Positions 17,609 through 29,072 of a DNA stretch of 32,000 nucleotides are shown here, one piece after another. Positions within the stretch are counted from its first letter, which is position 1, and each line of letters opens with the position of its first letter. The position numbers and the translations under genes were made by a program. The stretch is from Methylorubrum extorquens (lineage in GTDB: Bacteria; Pseudomonadota; Alphaproteobacteria; Rhizobiales; Beijerinckiaceae): the NCBI GenBank assembly GCA_900234795.1, contig LT962688.1:60001-92000 (forward strand). Reading direction: 5' to 3'. The notes beneath the pieces were generated by a model, which did no database searches, was not told the DNA's origin, and saw nothing but the letters and a program-made list of their open reading frames with translations.

Positions 17609-18543
17609 TCGAAGCGGTCATGCTCTGGAACGAGCCCAATAATAAGTCTCACTGGGATCCGGAGATCGACCCCGACTGGTTTCTGTTCGGCGAGATGGTG
17701 AAGCAGGCCTCCCGCGCGATCCGTGCGGAGGCACCGGACCTGCCCCAGGTGCTCGGCGGCATCTCGCCGATCGATCCGGTGTTCATGCAGCACATGCAGG
17801 CCCGAGGGGTGCTTGATGGGCTCGATGCGGTGGCCGTGCATGGCTTCCCCCTCGACTGGAACCTGTGGCCGATTCACGACTGGCCCCAGAAGATCGCCGA
17901 GATCCGCGCGGTGACTCACCTACCGGTCTGGGTCTCGGAGGTCGGCGTGTCGAGTTTTGGTGCCGAGGAGGTCCAGGCCTGGGGCTGCCGCCGCACCGCG
18001 GAGCTGCTGCGGGGGCAGGCCCCGCGCATCCACTGGTACAGCCTCTACGACCTGCCGCGGGAATGGGAGGCCACCACCCGCCACCGCGAGGCGGAGGGCT
18101 CCTCCTATTACCGCCACTTCCACATGGGCTTGCTGCGCCAGGACGGCACGCCGAAGCTCGCGCTGGAGGAATTCGCCCGCTGCACCCCGGATTTTGGGCT
18201 GTGCCAATGGTTCCACTACCAGGATCATCGCTTGGACGAAGCGGTAGCCTGGATGAAGCGCCTCGGCGTCACCTACCTGCGCACCGGCCTGTCCTGGGCC
18301 GACAGCTTCCGCCCCGACGCCCTCGACTGGTTCGACCGGCAGATGACGGCTCTGCAGGACTTTAAAGTGACGGTGACCTTCTGCTTCACGCCCGAGCACC
18401 GCGGCATCGCCGCCCACCACACCAGCCCGCCGCTGGTTCGAGAAGAGTTCGCGGAGTTTTGCGCCGCGATGGTGCGTCGATACGCGGATCGCCAGCCTGT
18501 CCAGGTCGAAGCCTTGCCGATACCGGAGATGCCGTTTCTATAG
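17605..18543 (+). CDS. clan GH-A-like glycoside hydrolase (annotated-type: beta-xylosidase/GH39- or GH5-like), segment order apparently permuted
   Basis: ATGA overlap. LWNEPNN at aa 8-14 (acid/base NEP motif), AVHGFP, VWVSEVG at aa 109-114 (nucleophile Glu ~102 aa after NEP), IHWYSLYD and MGLLRQDGTPKLA (a typical barrel end). This is followed by LGVTYLRTGLSWAD...KVTVTFCFTPEH...EEFAEFCAAMVRRY, which looks like strands 1-3. Confidence 0.65.
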   Translation: MIEAVMLWNEPNNKSHWDPEIDPDWFLFGEMVKQASRAIRAEAPDLPQVLGGISPIDPVFMQHMQARGVLDGLDAVAVHGFPLDWNLWPIHDWPQKIAEIRAVTHLPVWVSEVGVSSFGAEEVQAWGCRRTAELLRGQAPRIHWYSLYDLPREWEATTRHREAEGSSYYRHFHMGLLRQDGTPKLALEEFARCTPDFGLCQWFHYQDHRLDEAVAWMKRLGVTYLRTGLSWADSFRPDALDWFDRQMTALQDFKVTVTFCFTPEHRGIAAHHTSPPLVREEFAEFCAAMVRRYADRQPVQVEALPIPEMPFL

Positions 18544-18593
18544 TGTAAGGAAATTTTCGCCGAATCGAGTAGCTTCGGACTCCATCAATCGAC

Positions 18594-18790
18594 CTCGTTG
18601 TGTCGGCTGAGAGCTACGGCCGCGACGGCGACCGCAAGATCAGCGCGTGGCTGAAGGCGGTCGGCTGACGGGTCAACGACAAGCGGGTCGAGCGGATCTG
18701 GCGGCGGGAAGGCCGGAAGGTGCCGGCCAAGCGAACCGTCGAGCAAAGACCGAGCCTGCACTGACTTCGAAGTCGGACCACCGCGTGAGG
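18594..18790 (+). mobile_element. degenerate IS3-family transposase (OrfB N-terminal) relic
   Basis: 18594-18764 translates to LVVSAESYGRDGDRKISAWLKAVG*RVNDKRVERIWRREGRKVPAKRTVEQRPSLH*. This is the ...YGRYGYRKITALLKAxGWxVNxKRVERIWRREGLKVP... region of IS3-family OrfB, with TGA replacing the conserved Trp codon. 18669-18732 is 56/64 identical to 5463-5526. Confidence 0.6.
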
Positions 18791-18842
18791 ACCGATCAGC
18801 AGAGCTTCGCATTGGCGTCGCCCCCCTCGGCCGTCCGGGCGG

Positions 18843-20357
18843 TCAGCCGATGGGCCTACCCGCACCGTTGAGTACCCGCTTGAGTGTCGAGCGTGCCGCG
18901 TCGATGGCGACGGTGGCAGCACTCAAGGTCCGCGGTTCGGTTGGCTTGTTCAGGGCGTGGCGTGCGATACTGGCCGCGAGATCATCCACCTCGCCTGCCA
19001 TCGCCTCCAGACGCTCGCGGTCGGTTTCGCGGCGGGCTTCGGAGCGCAGTTCCAGCAGGCGTGCGGTCGCGACCTCGATCCGTTCGCGGCGCTGGCGCCC
19101 GATGCGTTGCCGAAGCCAAGCTGCTGTGGAGCCCAAGCCGCCGCCAAGGATGGCCACGAGGTAGATCCAGCTCTCGTAGCGTTCGATCAACGTCTCCTGC
19201 TCGCGCTCGTAGTAGTCGAGGGCGCCCGGATGAATGGGCAGGCGGGCGCTGGTCGCGTCGGCCGTGTCCTCGTAATCCGGGTGGCTGACGTCCTCCGCGG
19301 CGGGGACCGTCTCCGCCAGCGCCGCGCGCATCTCGAACAGGTGCTGCGTCACCTCCGCGGCCACGCTCCGCGACAGGTTGGCCCGCGCCATCAGGCGGTA
19401 GGACGTGCCTACGGTCGCGACGTCCTCGGCCGGCAGGCGGGGATTGCCGCCGTACAAGGCGGCCGGCACCGTCACCGGCTGCAGGCGGGGCCGCCGCGCC
19501 AGCACCGCTGCGGTATCGGGCAAACCGATCAGCGCGACGTCACCGCCATCGCTCGCCTCGCCCACCAGGGCGACCACCCGCCGCGCGGCCGGAGAGCCGG
19601 GCGTCGTCACGAGAGCCATGGCGTCGATGCGCCCGTCGCGGAGCGCCGTTGTGACATCGGCCTCCTCAATCGGGACCAGCACCACCGCGGTGGTGTTCAC
19701 GGCCCCGGCCGGAGCGTCGGTCAGGAGTTCGAACCCGTAATGGCCGACGAGGTCGTGGAGCAGCGTCCGGTCGGCAGTCCGGCTCGCGAGCATACCCAGC
19801 CGTTTGCCAGCCAGATCCGGGATGTCCTTGATGCCGGAGGCTCCTGGCGCGGCGACGAAGGCGGCGAGCGTCCGCAGGACCGCCAAGGTCAGGCCGTTGC
19901 CCGGCATCGCCACGTCCGGCCGAACCACCGCGAGGTCGGCCTTGCCGGCCTTCAACGCCTCTGCGCTCTCGCGCACCCCGGCGAAGGATATGACCTTCAG
20001 CCGGATGCCGAGGTTCCGCCGGGCGAGCTCGTCGGCGTAGGCGCGCAGCAGTGCCGGTTCGGTGCCGCCGTTGGGGGCGACCGCGATGGTCAGGGTCGTG
20101 GGACGCGTGAGATGGAACGCCGCGACGGCTCCGAGCACGAGCAGAAGCGCCAAGCCCAGGGGGAGAAACACCTCGCGAACACTCGAAAGCCCCAACCGAC
20201 GCACGCCCGCCCCTCGCTTGCTCTGGGCTGGTTCGGCCCTGCTGCCCAGGTGGGCGACGCGCCGCCGGTTTTCGAGGGGATCGGCCTGCCCGCCAGGCGG
20301 AATCCTAACGAAACGCTTATGGGATCGGCTCCGCGACCCGCTCGAACCCTTACGCAT
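18843..20357 (-). CDS. TAXI-family TRAP-type solute-binding protein homologue with N-terminal TM, extra C-terminal TM and cytoplasmic coiled-coil tail
   Basis: LTIAVAPNGGTEPALLRAYADEL...KAGKADLAVVRPDVA...LPIHPGALDYYRE-type ending (IHPGALDYYEREQ) is characteristic of TAXI/NMT1-like receptors. It is followed by WIYLVAILGGGLGSTAAWL (TM) and an Arg/Glu-rich helical tail. The start is uncertain: ATG 20357 was chosen and the track start is 20462. Confidence 0.7.
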   Translation of the reverse strand: MRKGSSGSRSRSHKRFVRIPPGGQADPLENRRRVAHLGSRAEPAQSKRGAGVRRLGLSSVREVFLPLGLALLLVLGAVAAFHLTRPTTLTIAVAPNGGTEPALLRAYADELARRNLGIRLKVISFAGVRESAEALKAGKADLAVVRPDVAMPGNGLTLAVLRTLAAFVAAPGASGIKDIPDLAGKRLGMLASRTADRTLLHDLVGHYGFELLTDAPAGAVNTTAVVLVPIEEADVTTALRDGRIDAMALVTTPGSPAARRVVALVGEASDGGDVALIGLPDTAAVLARRPRLQPVTVPAALYGGNPRLPAEDVATVGTSYRLMARANLSRSVAAEVTQHLFEMRAALAETVPAAEDVSHPDYEDTADATSARLPIHPGALDYYEREQETLIERYESWIYLVAILGGGLGSTAAWLRQRIGRQRRERIEVATARLLELRSEARRETDRERLEAMAGEVDDLAASIARHALNKPTEPRTLSAATVAIDAARSTLKRVLNGAGRPIG

Positions 20358-20413
20358 CCTGGTACAGCTTGAGAGCGCGGTCCCGTGAGGACCGCGTGAA
20401 CCCCAGACATACG

Positions 20414-20647
20414 ATGTCTCCCACCCTCCAAGTCGCCGCCATCCACGCTGACGCTTCCGCAACGGACGCCGACCAGTTCATCGTCGGTCAGGACCCCGCG
20501 GGTCACTGGGTGGCGATCGAGATTCACGGGCGCGCCGGCGGCCTGTTCCGGAGCCGGAAGGACGCTCTCGACTACGCCGAGGACGAGACCGACCACCGGC
20601 CCGACGCCGTGCTCCTGTCCGGCGCCTGCATCGAGCTGCGCATCTGA
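20414..20647 (+). CDS. small hypothetical protein (77 aa)
   Basis: MSPTLQVAAIHADASATDADQFIVGQDPAGHWVAIEIHGRAGGLFRSRKDALDYAEDE... has high GC3 and is divergent from the TAXI gene. It resembles small conserved hypothetical proteins of alphaproteobacteria, from memory only. Confidence 0.4.
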   Translation: MSPTLQVAAIHADASATDADQFIVGQDPAGHWVAIEIHGRAGGLFRSRKDALDYAEDETDHRPDAVLLSGACIELRI

Positions 20648-20895
20648 GGCTGCGGGCGTTGGCCTAGTGCGGCCATGCCTGGCACCCAAATCCCTCCCGT
20701 CATCAGCCGTAGAGGTTTTCAGCATCCACCCGCTCCGTCCGAGCCGGCCGCTGGGCTCGGGATGCTGCCTCGACCGATCACCTGCTCGGTCGGCGCACGG
20801 CCGTTCCGGCTCTCCTCAATGAGCGCGCGACCATTGCCGGAGCGAGGAACGCGTCGAGGGTCATCGTGCCGGTCGATGATGTTTGGAGATCGCGA

Positions 20896-21638
<743 letters not shown>

Positions 21639-21642
<4 letters not shown>

Positions 21643-24356
21643 GCGGCGATATCCCTCGGCGTGGTCCGGGCCGGAACCGGGAGCGTCACGGTGAAGGTGG
21701 CCCCCAACCGATCCCGGCGGTTGCCGGCGGTAACCGTGCCGCCCATGGCTTCGACGAAGCCGCGCGAAATGGCGAGGCCGAGTCCGGTCCCGGCCCGCAC
21801 CCGGTCGCTCTTCCGGATGCGGTAGAACTTGTCGAACACGCGCTCAACGTCGGCCTCCGGGAGCCCGAACCCCTCGTCCAGAACCTCGATGCGCACGGTG
21901 CGGCCGTCCTGCCGGGCGCGCAAAGTGACGGTCGAGTCCTCGGGTGCGTACTTCGCGGCATTGTCGAGCAGGTTGACCAGCACCTGCTCGAACAGGACCG
22001 GATCGAGCCTCAGGGTCGGCAGGTCGGGTGCGATCTCGACTGCGACCTGGTGGCCGGCAAGGATCTTCTGGGTCCGCCGCAGGGCGGTGTCGATGGTCTC
22101 GGCGACATCCTGGAGCCCCAGATTCGGTGCCACGGAGCCAGCCTCCAGCCGCGTCATGTCGAGCAGGTTCACGATGAAGCGGTTCAACCGCTCCGATTCT
22201 TCGATGATGGTCGTCAACAAATCCGCCTTGGCCTCGACCGGGAGGGCGCCGTCGAGGTCCCGCAATGTGCTGGCGGCTCCGAGCACGGAGGCGAGCGGTG
22301 TGCGCAGATCGTGGCTGATCGAGGTCAGCAAAGCCCGGGCGAGGCGGTCGGTCTCGGCGTCACGCTCGGCTCGGTCGAGATCCTCCACGAGGCGCACCCG
22401 CTCGAGGGCGAGCGCGCCCATATCGGCGAGCGCATCGAGCAGGCGCCGACCTTCGGGCGTCAGGATCGGTCCCGTGCCGTCCGCATCGAGGCCGATCACC
22501 CCGATCGTGCCGCGCCCGGTGCGCATCGGCAGGAACAGGCGCTTGGCCCCGGGCAGGGTGTCGGCGCCGCGCCCGGCCGGGCGCTCGTTGTCGAAGGCCC
22601 ACTGCGCCGCCGCCAGGTCGGCCTCGTCCAGCATGTCCTCCGGCGGGTAGCCGGCACGGACGGCGACGGTCTGAGCATCCGGCAGGAGGAGGACGACGCG
22701 GACCCTCAGCATGGCCGCGACCTGCGCGGAGGTCGCCCAGAGCACGTCGTCGAGGGTCCCGCAGGCCGCGAGCTTGCGTGAGAATCCGAAGAGACGCTCT
22801 GTCGCCTTCGCGCGGCCCTGGCTGACCACCGCACTCAGGCGGGCGCGGGCGGCGAGGTTCGAGACGAGCACCGCCACCAGGGTGAAGAGCAGGAAGGCCG
22901 CGACGTTGGTCGGGTCGGCGATGGTGAAGGTGTAGACCGGCGGCAGGAAGAAGAAGTTGTACGACAGCGAGGCCGCGACCACCGCGGCGAGCGAGGGGCC
23001 CAGCCCCCAGCGGACGGCAACCGCCACGACGGCGGTCAGCAGCATGAGGTCGGCGTTCTCGACGCCCGTCGACGGCTCGAGCAGCAGGGCGAGCCCGAGC
23101 CCGGCACCGGTGATGAGCAGCGCCAGGGCGTAGGACCGGGCGTCGAAGGTGGCGGGCGGAGCGGCGGTGGCGACCGCGCGCCGGGACGCCGTCTCGGTTG
23201 GCGCGACCTCGCCCGGCACCACGTGGACGCTGATGTTGCCGCTGCGGCGGACGAGGTCATGCACCACCGAGCCGTTCACCAGCTCGAAGATCCAGGAGCG
23301 TGTCGCCTTGCCCACCACGATGTGGTTGACGTTGGCGGCGCGTGCGTAGGCGAGGATGTCGTCGGCGATGCGCCGGCCGCCCGGCAGGGTGACGGCGTCG
23401 CCGCCGAGCCGGTCGGCGAGCCGCAGGGCCTCGGCCACCCGGTCACGCGCGGCCTCGCTGAGGGAGGCGGCGCGCGGTCCCTCGACCGCCAGGGCGGTCC
23501 AGGGGGCGTGGAGGCGGTCAGCCAGCCGCTTGGCGTAGCGCACGAGGCCTGCCGAGCGCGGATCCTCGCTCACGCAGACGAGCACGCGCTCGCCCGCTGC
23601 CCAGGGGCCGGGAATCGCGTTCGCCCGCATGTGGCTCAGGAGTTCGTCATCGACCCGGTCGGCCGTCCGACGCAGGGCGAGTTCCCGCAGGGCCGTCAGG
23701 TTGCCGCGCGAGAAGTAGTGTTTCAGTGCCCGCTCGGCGTTCGCCGGCACGTAGATCTTGCCCGCCTTCAGGCGCTCGATCAGATCGTCCGGGTTGAGGT
23801 CGACCACCTCGATGTCGTCGGCCCGGTCGAGGATGCTGTCCGGTACGGTTTCGCGCACGCGGATGCGGGTGATGGAGGCCACGACGTCGTTGAGGCTCTC
23901 GACGTGCTGGATGTTCAGCGTCGTCAGGACATCGATGCCGGCATCCAGCAGCTCCTCGACGTCCTGGTAGCGCTTCGGGTGACGCGAGCCGGGCGCATTG
24001 GTGTGGGCGAGCTCGTCGACCAGCGCCAGGGCCGGGCGGCGCGCCAGCAGCGCGTCGAGGTCCATCTCCTCTAGCATGGTGCCATGGTAGGGCACGGCCC
24101 GCCGGGGGATGGTCTCGAAGCCGTCGAGCAGAGCCTCGGTCTCGGCCCGGCCATGGGTCTCGACAACGCCGACCACGACGTCGGCGCCGGCGGTGAGCCG
24201 GGCGCGCCCGATAGTGAGCATCTCGTAGGTCTTGCCGACGCCGGGGGCGGCGCCAAGGAAAACCTTGAGCCGGCCGCGCGTCCGCTCCTCCCGGCGCGCC
24301 GCTTCGAGCAGCGCGTCGGGCGAGGGGCGGTTCGGGTCGCGTCCGGTCCCAGGCAT
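21639..24356 (-). CDS. kdpD: sensor histidine kinase KdpD
   Basis: An N-terminal KdpD domain with P-loop [13 protein letters not shown], a Usp-like region, four TM helices, H-box [11 protein letters not shown] and the ATPase G-box [21 protein letters not shown] 24356 (AAGAG upstream) is preferred over the track start 24395. Confidence 0.9.
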
Positions 24357-24366
24357 GGTTTGCTCT

Positions 24367-24972
24367 TTAGCGCTTGGCGAGGTCGTCCAGGACAAGATTC
24401 AGGGCCAGCACGTTGACACGCGGTTCGCCGAGCAATCCGAGGGTACGGCCCTGGACCTGACCGGCGACGAGGTCGCGGAGCCGATCCTCGGGCAGGTTGC
24501 GGGCCCGGGCGATGCGCGGCACCTGGAACAGGGCCGCTTCGGGCGAGATGTCGGGGTCGAGGCCCGAGCCGCTCGTGGTGACGAGGTCGACCGGCACCGG
24601 ACGGCCTGGGTTCTCGGCCTTCAGCGCGTCGAGGCCGCCCTTCACGCGCTCGGCCAGCGCCGCGCTCGTGGGCCCGAGATTCGAGCCGGCGGAGTTGGCC
24701 GCGTTGTAAGGCGCCGGCACTGTCTTGGAGGCGTCCGCCGGATCGGCCGTATTGGTGGCCGAGGGCCGGCCATGGAAGTAGCCCTCGCCGGTGAAGCTCT
24801 GACCGATCAGGCCGGAACCGACGATCCTGCCATCGCGCTCGATCAAGCTCCCGGCCGCCTTGGCCGGGAAGAGCGCCCCGGCGACGCCGGTGACGGCGAG
24901 GGGGTAGGCGAGGCCCGTGACCGCCGTCAGCGCGACGAGCAGGACGAGAGCGGGACGAAGCTGGTTCAGCAT
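24367..24972 (-). CDS. kdpC: potassium-transporting ATPase subunit KdpC
   Basis: [29 protein letters not shown]...[26 protein letters not shown] is the canonical KdpC pattern. The long track ORF (to 25500) is an out-of-context N-terminal extension overlapping kdpB. Confidence 0.9.
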   Translation of the reverse strand: MLNQLRPALVLLVALTAVTGLAYPLAVTGVAGALFPAKAAGSLIERDGRIVGSGLIGQSFTGEGYFHGRPSATNTADPADASKTVPAPYNAANSAGSNLGPTSAALAERVKGGLDALKAENPGRPVPVDLVTTSGSGLDPDISPEAALFQVPRIARARNLPEDRLRDLVAGQVQGRTLGLLGEPRVNVLALNLVLDDLAKR

Positions 24973-24995
24973 GGGAGGTCTCCGGGACCTGTCGT

Positions 24996-27086
24996 TCAGG
25001 CGAGATGGAGGGCGGTGACGGCGAGGTCGATGGCCTTGATGGCCACGAAGGGCACGAGGATGCCGCCGAGGCCGTAGATCAGCAGGTTGCGCCGCAGGAG
25101 TGAGGCCGCGCCGACCGGGCGGTAGGTCACGCCGCGCAGGGCCAGCGGGATCAGCGCGACGATGACCAGGGCGTTGAAGATGATGGCGGAGAGGATCGCG
25201 CTCTGCGGCGAGGCCAGCCCCATGACGTTGAGTGCTTGAAGCTGCGGGTACAGCGTCAGGAACATCGCCGGGATGATCGCGAAATACTTGGCGACGTCGT
25301 TGGCGATGGAGAACGTCGTCAGGGCACCGCGGGTCATCAGCAACTGCTTGCCGATGCCGACGATCTCGATGAGCTTCGTCGGGTCCGAATCGAGGTCGAC
25401 CATGTTGCCGGCCTCGCGCGCCGCCACCGTGCCGGTGTTCATGGCGACCCCGACATCGGCCTGAGCCAGCGCCGGCGCGTCGTTGGTGCCGTCGCCGCAC
25501 ATCGCCACGAGCTTGCCTTCGGCCTGCTCACGCCGGATCAGCGCCAGCTTGTCCTCGGGGGTCGCCTGGGCGAGAAAGTCGTCAACGCCCGCCTCGGCGG
25601 CGATGGCGGCTGCGGTCATGGGATTGTCGCCGGTGATCATCACCGTGCGGATGCCCATGCGGCGCAGCTCTGCGAAGCGCTCGCGGATCCCGCCCTTTAC
25701 GATGTCCTTCAGGGCAACGACGCCGAGCAGGCGTCCGTCCTTCGCCACCGCGAGCGGCGTGCCGCCGGCCTTGGCGATCTCCTCCGCGATGGTCCGGATC
25801 CCGACCATCACCTCGGTCTCGGCGGCCGGGCGGTAGGCGAGGGCCGCACTGGAACCGCGGGTGGCCATCGGCGGCTCGGAGACGGAGGCGATGACGGCGT
25901 CGACCGCGCCCTTGCGGATCGACGAGCCTTCAAGGTCCACACCCGACATCCGCGACTGCGCGGTGAAAGGCACGAAGGTGGCGTTCAGCCCGGCCATGTC
26001 GCGGGCGCGAATGCCGTAGGTCTCCTTGGCGAGCACGACGATGGAGCGGCCTTCGGGCGTCTCGTCGGCCAGCGAGGCGAGCTGCGCCGCGTCGGCCAGA
26101 TCCTGCTCGGTGACACCACGGACGGGGCGGAACGCGGTGGCTTGGCGGTTGCCGAGCGTGATCGTGCCGGTCTTGTCGAGGAGCAGCGTGTCGATGTCGC
26201 CGGCCGCCTCGACGGCGCGGCCCGACATGGCGAGCACGTTGAAGCGGACCAGACGATCCATGCCGGCGATGCCGATGGCGGAGAGGAGCGCGCCGATGGT
26301 GGTCGGGATCAGCGTCACAAACAGCGCGACCAGCACGATCACGGGAATTGAGCCGCCGGCATAGCTGGCGAAGCTCGGGATGGTCGCCACCGCGAAGACG
26401 AACACGATGGTCAGCCCGGCGAGCAGGATGTTGAGCGCGATCTCGTTCGGGGTCTTCTGGCGCGCGGCGCCCTCGACGAGGGCGATCATGCGGTCGACGA
26501 AGGTCGAGCCCGCCGCGGCCGTGATGCGGACCTTGATCTCGTCCGAGAGCACCTGCGTGCCCCCCGTCACCGCCGAGCGGTCGCCGCCCGACTCGCGGAT
26601 GACCGGGGCCGACTCCCCCGTGATGGCCGCTTCGTTCACGGAGGCCACACCCTCGATGACCTCGCCATCCGAGGGGATGAGGTCGCCGGCCTCGACGAGC
26701 ACCACATCGCCGACCTTGAGGCTGGTGCCGGGCACGGTCTCGTAGGCCCGGCCCTGGCCGGTGAGCCGCTTGGCGGTCATCTCGGTGCGGGTACGCCGTA
26801 GGCTGTCGGCCTGGGCCTTGCCGCGGCCCTCGGCCAGCGCTTCGGCGAAATTGGCGAAGATCAGGGTGAACCAGAGCCAGAGGATGATCTGGCCGGAGAA
26901 GAACAGGTCGCTGCCTCCGGTAACGAGGTCACGGACGAACAGCACGGTGGTGAGCGCGGCCACGACCTCGACCACGAACATGACCGGGTTGCGGATCATG
27001 GCGCGGGGGTCGAGCTTCCTGACGGAGCCGAGGAGCGCGGGTCCGACGAGGGCGGCGCTGAACAGCGATGAGGTCTTGCGGGACAT
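24996..27086 (-). CDS. kdpB: potassium-transporting P-type ATPase subunit KdpB
   Basis: [13 protein letters not shown] (phosphorylation site DKTGT), [14 protein letters not shown] and [20 protein letters not shown]. Confidence 0.95.
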   Translation of the reverse strand: MSRKTSSLFSAALVGPALLGSVRKLDPRAMIRNPVMFVVEVVAALTTVLFVRDLVTGGSDLFFSGQIILWLWFTLIFANFAEALAEGRGKAQADSLRRTRTEMTAKRLTGQGRAYETVPGTSLKVGDVVLVEAGDLIPSDGEVIEGVASVNEAAITGESAPVIRESGGDRSAVTGGTQVLSDEIKVRITAAAGSTFVDRMIALVEGAARQKTPNEIALNILLAGLTIVFVFAVATIPSFASYAGGSIPVIVLVALFVTLIPTTIGALLSAIGIAGMDRLVRFNVLAMSGRAVEAAGDIDTLLLDKTGTITLGNRQATAFRPVRGVTEQDLADAAQLASLADETPEGRSIVVLAKETYGIRARDMAGLNATFVPFTAQSRMSGVDLEGSSIRKGAVDAVIASVSEPPMATRGSSAALAYRPAAETEVMVGIRTIAEEIAKAGGTPLAVAKDGRLLGVVALKDIVKGGIRERFAELRRMGIRTVMITGDNPMTAAAIAAEAGVDDFLAQATPEDKLALIRREQAEGKLVAMCGDGTNDAPALAQADVGVAMNTGTVAAREAGNMVDLDSDPTKLIEIVGIGKQLLMTRGALTTFSIANDVAKYFAIIPAMFLTLYPQLQALNVMGLASPQSAILSAIIFNALVIVALIPLALRGVTYRPVGAASLLRRNLLIYGLGGILVPFVAIKAIDLAVTALHLA

Positions 27087-27114
27087 GGATTCGGGTGTCC
27101 GGAGAGGGCGAGGA

Positions 27115-27137
27115 GGCCCGGCAAGCGAGGCCGGGCC
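27115..27137 (-). other. GC-rich stem-loop in the spacer between the 62-aa ORF and kdpB
   Basis: ggcccggc (27115-27122) / 7-nt loop / gccgggcc (27130-27137) form a perfect 8-bp inverted repeat. No U-tract follows on the coding (minus) strand, so it is not a canonical intrinsic terminator. Confidence 0.3.
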
Positions 27138-27145
27138 TTGCCGGT

Positions 27146-27334
27146 TCAGGGTGCGGTCGTGCCGGCGGCCAGGGTGAAGGCCGCCGCGAGGACGAGGCCG
27201 CCGAGCAGCGCCACGCCGAAGAGAGCCAGCACGAGGTCCGAGATGCGCACGGGCCGCGCCTCGGCGCCGTGGGACCGGTGGTGCAGCATCGGGTAATGCC
27301 GCGGCACGCGCCGGTTCGGGACAGGGCGCGGCAT
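27146..27334 (-). CDS. small membrane protein (62 aa) encoded between kdpA and kdpB
   Basis: The ATG at 27334 lies 1 nt after the kdpA stop (27336-27338). The sequence is [62 protein letters not shown]: a basic N-terminus plus one C-terminal TM helix. By my count 58 of 62 codons end in G/C, like the surrounding genes. Confidence 0.45.
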   Translation of the reverse strand: MPRPVPNRRVPRHYPMLHHRSHGAEARPVRISDLVLALFGVALLGGLVLAAAFTLAAGTTAP

Positions 27335-27335
27335 C

Positions 27336-29051
27336 TCAGCCCCCGGTCGCGAAGGTCTGGCCGGCCGCCCCGGCGAAGTGCTCGACCACCGGGCCGAGCG
27401 CCAGCGCCGGGAAGAAGGTCAGGCCGCCGATGATCAGCACCACGCCGACGAGGAGGCCGACGAACAGCCCGCCATGGGTCGGGAAGGTGCCGGCGGAGGC
27501 CGGAAGCCGCTTCTTGGCGGCGAGCGAGCCGGCGATGGCCAGAACCGGGATCTTTACGAAGAAGCGGCCGACGAGCATGCCGATGGCCAGCGTCGTGTTA
27601 TAGAACAGCGTGTTGGCCGTCAGCCCGCCGAAGGCCGAGCCGTTGTTGGCGGCCGCCGAGGTGTAGGCGTAGAGAATCTCCGAGAAACCGTGCGGGCCGG
27701 CATTCGCGGGCCCGGCGAGACCGGCCGGCACCACCGTGGCAAAAGCCGTGAAGCCCAGCATCATCAGCGGCAGGCAGAGGATGCCGAGCATCGCCATCTT
27801 CACCTCGCGCGCCTCGATCTTCTTGCCGAGATATTCGGGGGTGCGTCCGACCATCAGGCCGGCCACGAAGATCGCGACCACGACGAAGACCAGCATGCCG
27901 TAGAGGCCCGCGCCGACGCCACCGATGATCACTTCGCCGAGCTGCATGTTGAGCAGCGGAATCAGCCCGCCCAGCGCAGTAAAGCTGTCATGCATGGCGT
28001 TGACCGCACCGCAGGAGGCGGCTGTCGTGATCACCGCGAACAGCGCCGAGGCGGCGATGCCGAAGCGGACCTCCTTGCCCTCCATGTTGCCGCCGGTCAG
28101 GCCGAGGTTGGCGAGGACGCCGTGGGCGTTGGCCTCGGCCCAGTAGGTCACGGCGACGCCGGCGATGAAGAGCAGGCCCATCGCGGTGAGGATGGCCCAG
28201 CCTTGCCGCTCGTCCCCGACCATGCGGCCGAAGACGTTGGTGAGCGCGGCGCCGATCACGAAGATCGAGAGCATCTGCAGGAAGTTCGAGAGCGCCGTCG
28301 GGTTCTCGAAAGGGTGCGCGGCGTTGGCATTGAAGAAGCCGCCGCCGTTGGTCCCCAGCATCTTGATGGCGACCTGGCTCGCCACCGGCCCGACCGCGAT
28401 GGTCTGCTTCGCGCCCTCCAGCGTCGTCGCCTCGACGTAGGGCGAGAGCGTCTGCGGCATGCCCTGGGACACGTAGAACAGGGCCAGCACGGTGCAGAGC
28501 GGCAGCAGCACGTAGAGAGTGGCGCGGGTCATATCGACCCAGAAGGAGCCCAGCGTCTTTGTCGAAGCCCGGGCGAAGCCGCGGATCAGTGCGACCGCCA
28601 CCGCCATGCCCGACGCCGCCGAGACGAAGTTCTGGTGCGTCAGCCCCAGCATTTGGCTGAGGTAAGACAGGGTGGTCTCGCCGCCGTAGGACTGCCAGTT
28701 GGTGTTGGTGACGAAGCTCGTCGCGGTGTTGAAGGCGAGGTCGGGCGCCACCGCCGCCTGCTCGGCAGGGTTGAGCGGCAACAGCGCCTGCAGGCGCAGG
28801 AGCGCGTAGAGCAGGACAAAGCCGGCGACGTTGAACAGGACCATCGCCCCTGCGTAGCCGAGCCAAGTCTGCTCCTGGCGCGCGTCGATGCCGGAGACGC
28901 GATAGAGCCCGCGCTCGATCGGGGCGAGGGCGGGCGAGAGAAGCGTGCGCTCGCCGTCGAAGACGCGGGTCATGTACCCGCCGAGTGGCCGCACAAGCGC
29001 CAGCACGACCGCGCCGTACAGCGCGATCTGCATCCAGCCGTTGAGTGTCAT
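27336..29051 (-). CDS. kdpA: potassium-transporting ATPase subunit KdpA
   Basis: [31 protein letters not shown]...[10 protein letters not shown]...[20 protein letters not shown] follows the typical KdpA selectivity-filter-like repeats. 571 aa. Confidence 0.95.
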   Translation of the reverse strand: MTLNGWMQIALYGAVVLALVRPLGGYMTRVFDGERTLLSPALAPIERGLYRVSGIDARQEQTWLGYAGAMVLFNVAGFVLLYALLRLQALLPLNPAEQAAVAPDLAFNTATSFVTNTNWQSYGGETTLSYLSQMLGLTHQNFVSAASGMAVAVALIRGFARASTKTLGSFWVDMTRATLYVLLPLCTVLALFYVSQGMPQTLSPYVEATTLEGAKQTIAVGPVASQVAIKMLGTNGGGFFNANAAHPFENPTALSNFLQMLSIFVIGAALTNVFGRMVGDERQGWAILTAMGLLFIAGVAVTYWAEANAHGVLANLGLTGGNMEGKEVRFGIAASALFAVITTAASCGAVNAMHDSFTALGGLIPLLNMQLGEVIIGGVGAGLYGMLVFVVVAIFVAGLMVGRTPEYLGKKIEAREVKMAMLGILCLPLMMLGFTAFATVVPAGLAGPANAGPHGFSEILYAYTSAAANNGSAFGGLTANTLFYNTTLAIGMLVGRFFVKIPVLAIAGSLAAKKRLPASAGTFPTHGGLFVGLLVGVVLIIGGLTFFPALALGPVVEHFAGAAGQTFATGG

Positions 29052-29072
29052 GGAGGTTCGTCCTGGGGCCGC

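Noticed and set aside
20720-20767. Compound hairpin (cagcatc…ccgagcc-loop-ggctcgg-gatgctg) between the convergent small ORF and kdpE; considered as a bidirectional terminator.
   Set aside because: No U-tract follows the stem on either strand and there is a large asymmetric internal loop. I cannot distinguish it from chance GC-rich complementarity without genome-wide repeat counts.
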